In this document: piece by piece, positions 58,781 through 64,000 of the stretch
Layout of the letters: the number at the start of each line of letters is the position of its first letter
How positions within the stretch are numbered: position 1 is the first letter of the stretch
Assembly: GCA_965198225.1 (NCBI GenBank)
Contig: CBDAOY010000008.1
Coordinates: 1 to 64,000 of the forward strand
Direction: 5' to 3'
Source of the DNA: Terriglobia bacterium
GTDB taxonomy: Bacteria; Acidobacteriota; Terriglobia; 20CM-2-55-15
DNA length: 64,000 nucleotides
Position numbers and translations under genes: made by a program
Notes under the pieces: model-generated
Databases searched by the model: none
Told to the model about the DNA's origin: nothing
What the model saw: only the letters and a program-made list of their open reading frames with translations

Positions 58781-60817
58781 ATGAGACGACGCAGTGTAAA
58801 AATCAACCGGCGCCTGGTTGCGATCGCTCTTTTCATGAGCGTCTGGGGAATGGCAATAGGCGCGCGCCTGTACTTCCTGCAGGTCGTCGAGTCGGCGGAT
58901 TTCAGGGCGCGTGCCCAACGTCAGCAGCAGCGGGTTCTCGAGATCAGCCCGCAGCGTGGGCCCATCTACGATCGCAATGGAAAGGAGCTCGCCGTCAGTA
59001 TCGACGTTGAATCGTTGTACGCGGTGCCCGCAGAGATCGAGGACCCGCATCGAACTGCCGCATTTCTTTCCGAGATTCTCGACATTCCAACTCCGTCCCT
59101 GGAGTCCCGTCTTGATACCGAGCGGTCCTTTATCTGGATCGAGAGGAAGATTACGGCCCGGGAGGCCGCTCGGGTCAAGGCGCTCGAAGTAAAAGGACTT
59201 TACTTTCAGAAGGAATCGAAGAGGTTTTACCCCAAACGCGAGTTAGCGGCGCATGTTCTGGGCTTCGTCCGGCTCGACGACGAAGGCGGCGGGGGTATCG
59301 AGTACCGCTTTGACGATGTGGTCGGCGGCACCCCGGGCAAGGTCGTGGTGATGACCGACGCGAGAGGCCGCAGCTTTCATCGCCTGGAACAGCCGCCCAC
59401 AAGCGGCGGCGGCCTGAGAACCACGATCGACCAGAACATCCAGTACATCGTCGAGAGGGAACTCGTCAGCACCGCCCGGAAAACCAACGCCGCCGGCATT
59501 TCGATCATCGTAATGGACCCTTCCAACGGTGAAGTGCTCGCGATGGCCAACTACCCGCAGTTCAACCCGAACGAGTACGGCGCCTATCCGCCCCGTAGCT
59601 GGTCGAACCGCGCGATCAGCCACGTCTACGAACCCGGCTCCACGTTCAAGGTCGTTACAGCGGCCGCGGTCCTGGAGGAGAATCTTTCCAGCCTCGACGA
59701 GATCATCGATTGCCAAATGGGCTCGATTGTTCTCTTTGGCCACCGCATCCGCGATCACAAGCCCTTCGGTGAACTCAGTGTTCGCGAGATCCTGCAGTAT
59801 TCCTCCGACGTCGGGATCATCAAGCTGGGTCTGCGGCTGGGCGATGCTCGGTTCGCGGACTACATCGACCGGATCGGTTTCGGGAGAGCCACCGAAATCG
59901 ACCTGCCCGGTGAGGAGCACGGCCTGACGAAGCCAGCGTCGGAATGGTCCCGCGTTTCTGTCGGTGCGATATCGATGGGGCAGGAAATCGGCACGACTGC
60001 CTTGCAAATCGTCAACTTGATGTCGGCTGTCGCCAATGGCGGAATACTCTACCGGCCCTTCGTCGTGAAGAGCGTGGAGGATGGCGATGGCAAGATCCTT
60101 CGGGAAACCCGCCCCAGCGGCAGGCGCGTCATGTTCCCTGAAACCGCCCGGTCCCTCCAGGACGCCCTCGAAGCGGTCGTGGCGGCCGGAACTGCCCGAT
60201 CCGCACAGATCCCGGGCTTTACCGTGGCGGGAAAGACGGGGACGGCACAGAAATACCACCGCGAGATCGGGACCTACTCGCCGACCAAGCACGTCGCGTC
60301 GTTCGCCGGATATGCTCCGGCGAGCAACCCGGTGGTTTCCGCCATCGTCGTCATCGATGAGCCGGAGGGGGCCGACGGTGGAGGTGAGGTAGCCGCGCCG
60401 GTCTTCAAAGCGGTCGTCGAGCAGATTCTTCGCTACCGCTCGATCGTTCCCGACGCTCCCTCATCCGTACCGCGATTCACTGAAGAGGGCGACGATCTGC
60501 TGGCGCCGCCCAGCCCGCGGCGTCGGATTGAAGATGTTATAGTGAATGGTTGGGAAGTCGTGGATACCTCCCTGCCGGAGAATTTGGGTTTCCCGAGTAC
60601 TTCTTCCCGTGAGGAACACGCGCTCGTTCAACTCCCAGTCCCGAATTTTTACGGAAAGTCCCTTCGACAGGTGACCGGCGACTGCCTGAGGCTTGGCTTG
60701 AGGTTGCAATCGGGCGGCTCCGGGGTTGCCGTGGAGCAGGCTCCCTCGCCCGGATCGCTGGTTCGACCTGGCACTCGCATCCAGGTTCGGTTTTCGACCA
60801 TCACGGGAGGGTCGTAG
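58781..60817 (+). CDS. ftsI: Class B penicillin-binding protein with PASTA domain
   Basis: 'RGPIYDRNG', 'EPGSTFK', 'SSD', 'GKTGTAQK'; dcw position. Confidence 0.92.
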   Translation: MRRRSVKINRRLVAIALFMSVWGMAIGARLYFLQVVESADFRARAQRQQQRVLEISPQRGPIYDRNGKELAVSIDVESLYAVPAEIEDPHRTAAFLSEILDIPTPSLESRLDTERSFIWIERKITAREAARVKALEVKGLYFQKESKRFYPKRELAAHVLGFVRLDDEGGGGIEYRFDDVVGGTPGKVVVMTDARGRSFHRLEQPPTSGGGLRTTIDQNIQYIVERELVSTARKTNAAGISIIVMDPSNGEVLAMANYPQFNPNEYGAYPPRSWSNRAISHVYEPGSTFKVVTAAAVLEENLSSLDEIIDCQMGSIVLFGHRIRDHKPFGELSVREILQYSSDVGIIKLGLRLGDARFADYIDRIGFGRATEIDLPGEEHGLTKPASEWSRVSVGAISMGQEIGTTALQIVNLMSAVANGGILYRPFVVKSVEDGDGKILRETRPSGRRVMFPETARSLQDALEAVVAAGTARSAQIPGFTVAGKTGTAQKYHREIGTYSPTKHVASFAGYAPASNPVVSAIVVIDEPEGADGGGEVAAPVFKAVVEQILRYRSIVPDAPSSVPRFTEEGDDLLAPPSPRRRIEDVIVNGWEVVDTSLPENLGFPSTSSREEHALVQLPVPNFYGKSLRQVTGDCLRLGLRLQSGGSGVAVEQAPSPGSLVRPGTRIQVRFSTITGGS

Positions 60818-60872
60818 CAGCTACGGGCTGCTATGCCGGACGATGTCCGCACATTGTTCTAGGTTGAGGGAT

Positions 60873-60897
60873 GTGCGCTCATAGAGCGCACCTACAC
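60873..60897. repeat. Single GTAG-type REP
   Basis: gtgcgctcatagagcgcacctacac between ftsI and murE. Confidence 0.8.
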
Positions 60898-60977
60898 CGG
60901 AGGTGACGGAGCCGCATTCCGTCGTCGCGGTGTCGACGGACCGTTTACTGGAGGCGAACAGAAAGCAAGATTGGACG

Positions 60978-62438
60978 ATGAAATTGGGCGATCTGTTGGA
61001 AGGCATGGATGTCCGAAAAGTGACCGGCGATATGGGTGTTCCGGTGTCCGGTGTTGCCTACGACTCCCGGCAAGTCGAGTCTGATGCCGTTTTCGTTGCG
61101 ATCAAGGGAGCCGAGGCTGACGGGAACGACTACATCGATGAGGCGATCGGCCGAGGCGCCATAGCGGTCGTTTCACAGCAACCCCGCCGAGAGGAGATTC
61201 CGTGGATCCAGGTGGAATCGACGCGTTCCGCCCTGGCTGCGCTGGCTTCGAATTATTTCGGGCGGCCGACTTCCCACTTGCGTCTGGTCGGGATCACGGG
61301 CACCAACGGCAAGACGACCACGACTTACCTCGTCGAGTCGATCCTGAAGGCGGCCGACCGACAGGTCGCTGTGATGGGGACCATTGACTACCGCGGCCCC
61401 GGATTCGCGCGCTCCGCCGAGCGAACGACCCCGGAAGCCCCGGATCTGGAGCGTCTCTTTCGATCCGCCGTGGATGCCGGTTGCGGCTACGGGGTCCTGG
61501 AGGTGTCGTCGCACGCGATCGTACTCGGGCGTGTCGAGCGGCTCGATTTCGAAGTCGCGGCTTTCACGAACCTGACCGGAGATCATCTCGACTTCCACGG
61601 CGGGATGCGGGCTTATTTCGAGGCCAAGAAGAAGCTGTTCTCCGGCCTGGCCGGTCGCGCACCCCGATGGGGCGTCATCAACCGGGACGACGACACTTTC
61701 GAGGAACTCCGCGACAGCGGCCCGGCCGCCATCCTGTCATACGGACTGCATTCCAACGCGGATATCCATCCGCATAGCTGTCGTTTCGACGAGCGGGGCA
61801 CCGACGTCGGATTCGAGACCCCGCGGGGACGACTCCGGATCCGATCGTCCCTGATGGGACGACCGAACTTGTACAACCTGGCCTTGGCGTTAGGGATCGG
61901 TATAGCCCTGGAGGTGCCGACGGAGTCGATCATCACCGGCATTGAAGCCCTCCGATGTGTGCCGGGACGCTTTGAACTCATCGATTGCGGCCAACGCTTC
62001 CGGGTCATCGTCGATTATGCGCATACCGACGATGCTCTCGAGAACTTGCTGGAAGCGGCCCGCGAGATAACTCGCGGCAGGCTCATCGTGGTGTTCGGCT
62101 GTGGCGGGGATCGAGATCGGACGAAACGCTCGCGCATGGGCGCCGTGGCCGGTCGCCTGAGCGATTTTGTCGTCGTCACTTCCGACAACCCGCGGAGCGA
62201 GGATCCAGCCGAAGTGATACGGATGGTAGAGGACGGCCTGCGTGATGGCGGCAGCAGCTGGGTTTCTCACGTCGATCGGCGCGTCGCGATACGTGCCGCG
62301 ATCGAGATGGCCAGGGATGAGGACACCGTGGCCATCGCCGGGAAGGGGCACGAGGACTACCAGTTGATCGGAGACGTCCGAATCCCGTTCGACGACCGAG
62401 TCATTGCCCGAGAGTTTCTCGATGAACTTAACGCTTGA
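60978..62438 (+). CDS. murE: UDP-MurNAc-tripeptide synthetase (meso-DAP type)
   Basis: 'GITGTNGKTT', 'EVSSH', 'DYAHT', 'DNPR', 'AGKGHE'. Confidence 0.96.
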   Translation: MKLGDLLEGMDVRKVTGDMGVPVSGVAYDSRQVESDAVFVAIKGAEADGNDYIDEAIGRGAIAVVSQQPRREEIPWIQVESTRSALAALASNYFGRPTSHLRLVGITGTNGKTTTTYLVESILKAADRQVAVMGTIDYRGPGFARSAERTTPEAPDLERLFRSAVDAGCGYGVLEVSSHAIVLGRVERLDFEVAAFTNLTGDHLDFHGGMRAYFEAKKKLFSGLAGRAPRWGVINRDDDTFEELRDSGPAAILSYGLHSNADIHPHSCRFDERGTDVGFETPRGRLRIRSSLMGRPNLYNLALALGIGIALEVPTESIITGIEALRCVPGRFELIDCGQRFRVIVDYAHTDDALENLLEAAREITRGRLIVVFGCGGDRDRTKRSRMGAVAGRLSDFVVVTSDNPRSEDPAEVIRMVEDGLRDGGSSWVSHVDRRVAIRAAIEMARDEDTVAIAGKGHEDYQLIGDVRIPFDDRVIAREFLDELNA

Positions 62439-63813
62439 AGAAATCGCTGGGCATGTCGAGGGGAGACTGTATGGACCCGCCACGGCGGGCGTCCGCGGGT
62501 ATTCGATCGACAGCCGGACGCTCAAGCGTGGGGAATTGTTCTTCGCCATCAAGGGGCCGCGATTCGACGGCCACGAATTCGTCGCGCAAGCGGCTCAGCG
62601 TGGAGCGGCTGGCGTCGTGGTATCCGACGCCGTGCCCAGTATCGACGGTCTGGCTCGGATAGAGGTCGCTTCGACGCTGGTGGCGATTCAGAAGCTGGCT
62701 CGCGCGGTGCGGCGGCTCTGGGGTCGGCCGATCATCGCGGTCACCGGCAGCGTCGGAAAGACTACAACAAAGGAAATGATCGCCGCCGTCCTCGGAAGAC
62801 GGTTCACCGTTTTCCGCTCGGTCGGCAACTTGAACAACGAGTACGGGCTGCCGCTCTGTCTTCTCCGGATCGAGAAATACCACGAGTTGGCGGTGCTGGA
62901 GATGGGAATGTCGGCCGCGGGTGAGATTGCGACTCTCGCTTCGATCGCCGAACCGAACGAAGGTATCGTCACCAACGTCAATCCCGTCCACATGGAATTC
63001 TTTGAATCCATCGACGACATCGCCCGGGCAAAGGCTGAATTGCTGGACGGCCTGGTAGGGGACCGCCGGGCATACCTGAACTACGACGATTCCCGAGTGC
63101 GCTCCATGGCGCGACGATTCGACGGCGACATCGTGACCTATGGAATCCGATCGGCCGCCGCCTTTCGCGTGATCCAGATCGAGAATCTCGGTCTCGAGGG
63201 TACCGGTTTTACGGTCCGTCACGGTCGCCGGAGGGTGAACTTCGTGCTGCCGTTGCTGGGCGATCACAATGTTTCGAATGCCACCGCCGCCATCTCCGTC
63301 GCTCTGACTCACGGGCTCAGCTGGGACGACGCGCGTTTGGCCGTCGAGGGAATGGCCCCGGAAAGAATGAGGGGCGAAGTCATCCCGTTCCGTGACGGCT
63401 TTGCGGTGATTGACGACTCCTACAACTCGAATCCGAGGGCCCTGACCGAGATGATCCGTCTACTGGGGAAAATGGTCGGCTTCGGCAGGAAGATTCTGGT
63501 TGCGGGCGAGATGCTCGAACTGGGTGAGACCAGCGGCGAGTCGCACGCCGCCTGCGGCAGGGAAGCCGTCAAAGCAGGAATTGACCTGATCGTCGGCGTC
63601 TCCGGCGATGCGAAGGAACTGATAGCGGGCGCGGCCGCGGCCGGTGCGGATCAGTCTCGACTCCGTTTCGTTCGCGACGCAGTCGATGCCGGGGACTACC
63701 TGGTTCAGACAGTGAAGAAAGACGACCTTGTATTGTTGAAGGGTTCGCGCCGCGTTCGTCTGGAGCAGGTGCTGGACACACTACGACTGAGCTTTTCAAG
63801 CCTGGAACCGTAA
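62422..63813 (+). CDS. murF: UDP-MurNAc-tripeptide--D-Ala-D-Ala ligase
   Basis: '[13 protein letters not shown]', '[10 protein letters not shown]', 'DDSYNSNP', 'GEMLELG', 'KGSR'. Confidence 0.96.
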   Translation: MNLTLEEIAGHVEGRLYGPATAGVRGYSIDSRTLKRGELFFAIKGPRFDGHEFVAQAAQRGAAGVVVSDAVPSIDGLARIEVASTLVAIQKLARAVRRLWGRPIIAVTGSVGKTTTKEMIAAVLGRRFTVFRSVGNLNNEYGLPLCLLRIEKYHELAVLEMGMSAAGEIATLASIAEPNEGIVTNVNPVHMEFFESIDDIARAKAELLDGLVGDRRAYLNYDDSRVRSMARRFDGDIVTYGIRSAAAFRVIQIENLGLEGTGFTVRHGRRRVNFVLPLLGDHNVSNATAAISVALTHGLSWDDARLAVEGMAPERMRGEVIPFRDGFAVIDDSYNSNPRALTEMIRLLGKMVGFGRKILVAGEMLELGETSGESHAACGREAVKAGIDLIVGVSGDAKELIAGAAAAGADQSRLRFVRDAVDAGDYLVQTVKKDDLVLLKGSRRVRLEQVLDTLRLSFSSLEP

Positions 63814-64000
63814 TGCTGTATCACTTGCTGTGGGAATACCTCTATCCGATCGCGGCCGACTGGCCGGTCCTGAGTGTTCTGAACGTCTTTCAGTACATTA
63901 CCTTCCGGACGGCGATGGCGAGTATCACGGCGCTGTTGATCAGCCTGCTGCTCGGAGGGTGGCTGATCGGGCGACTCCGGGACTTTCAGATCGGCCAGAA
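63813..64000 (+). CDS. mraY: Phospho-MurNAc-pentapeptide transferase (5' partial)
   Basis: ATG overlaps the murF stop; 'MLYHLL...[12 protein letters not shown]...QIGQ'. Confidence 0.9.
   Translation, partial: MLYHLLWEYLYPIAADWPVLSVLNVFQYITFRTAMASITALLISLLLGGWLIGRLRDFQIGQ

Overview
GC-rich bacterial chromosome segment, probably Acidobacteriota (inferred from the Oar-type TonB receptor, NHL/PAL-like lipoproteins and gene content). It has three parts. (1) 1-13 kb: an IS1182 transposase followed by housekeeping and transport genes (ilvE, an aminotransferase, serA, a TonB receptor, a ferredoxin, MATE). (2) ~13-40.3 kb: about 30 small, almost all minus-strand accessory genes. The right end is a recognisable integron cassette array with no integrase in the window. 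It has clear attC sites, two HigBA cassettes and an IS91 remnant at its head. An IS110/IS1111-type recombinase element with a ~450 nt structured non-coding end sits precisely inside one attC. (3) 40.4-64 kb: SSS transporter, hinT, a PrpD/citryl-CoA-lyase operon, rnhB, a divergent IlvD/Edd-like gene, a disrupted orphan nuoF, dksA-like, ychF and the start of the dcw cluster (mraZ to mraY). Intergenic DNA holds several miniature element families: GTAG-type REP doublets, a 270-bp CTAG-flanked structured MITE, a 116-bp MITE, a nested REP/MITE, and heptamer/nonamer inverted arrays. The segment at 22.18-22.92 kb is a mosaic of IS1182 pieces and duplicated flank, most likely an assembly-consensus artefact of a polymorphic insertion. 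No rRNA, tRNA or CRISPR array was seen. All calls come from reading motifs by eye; no searches were run.
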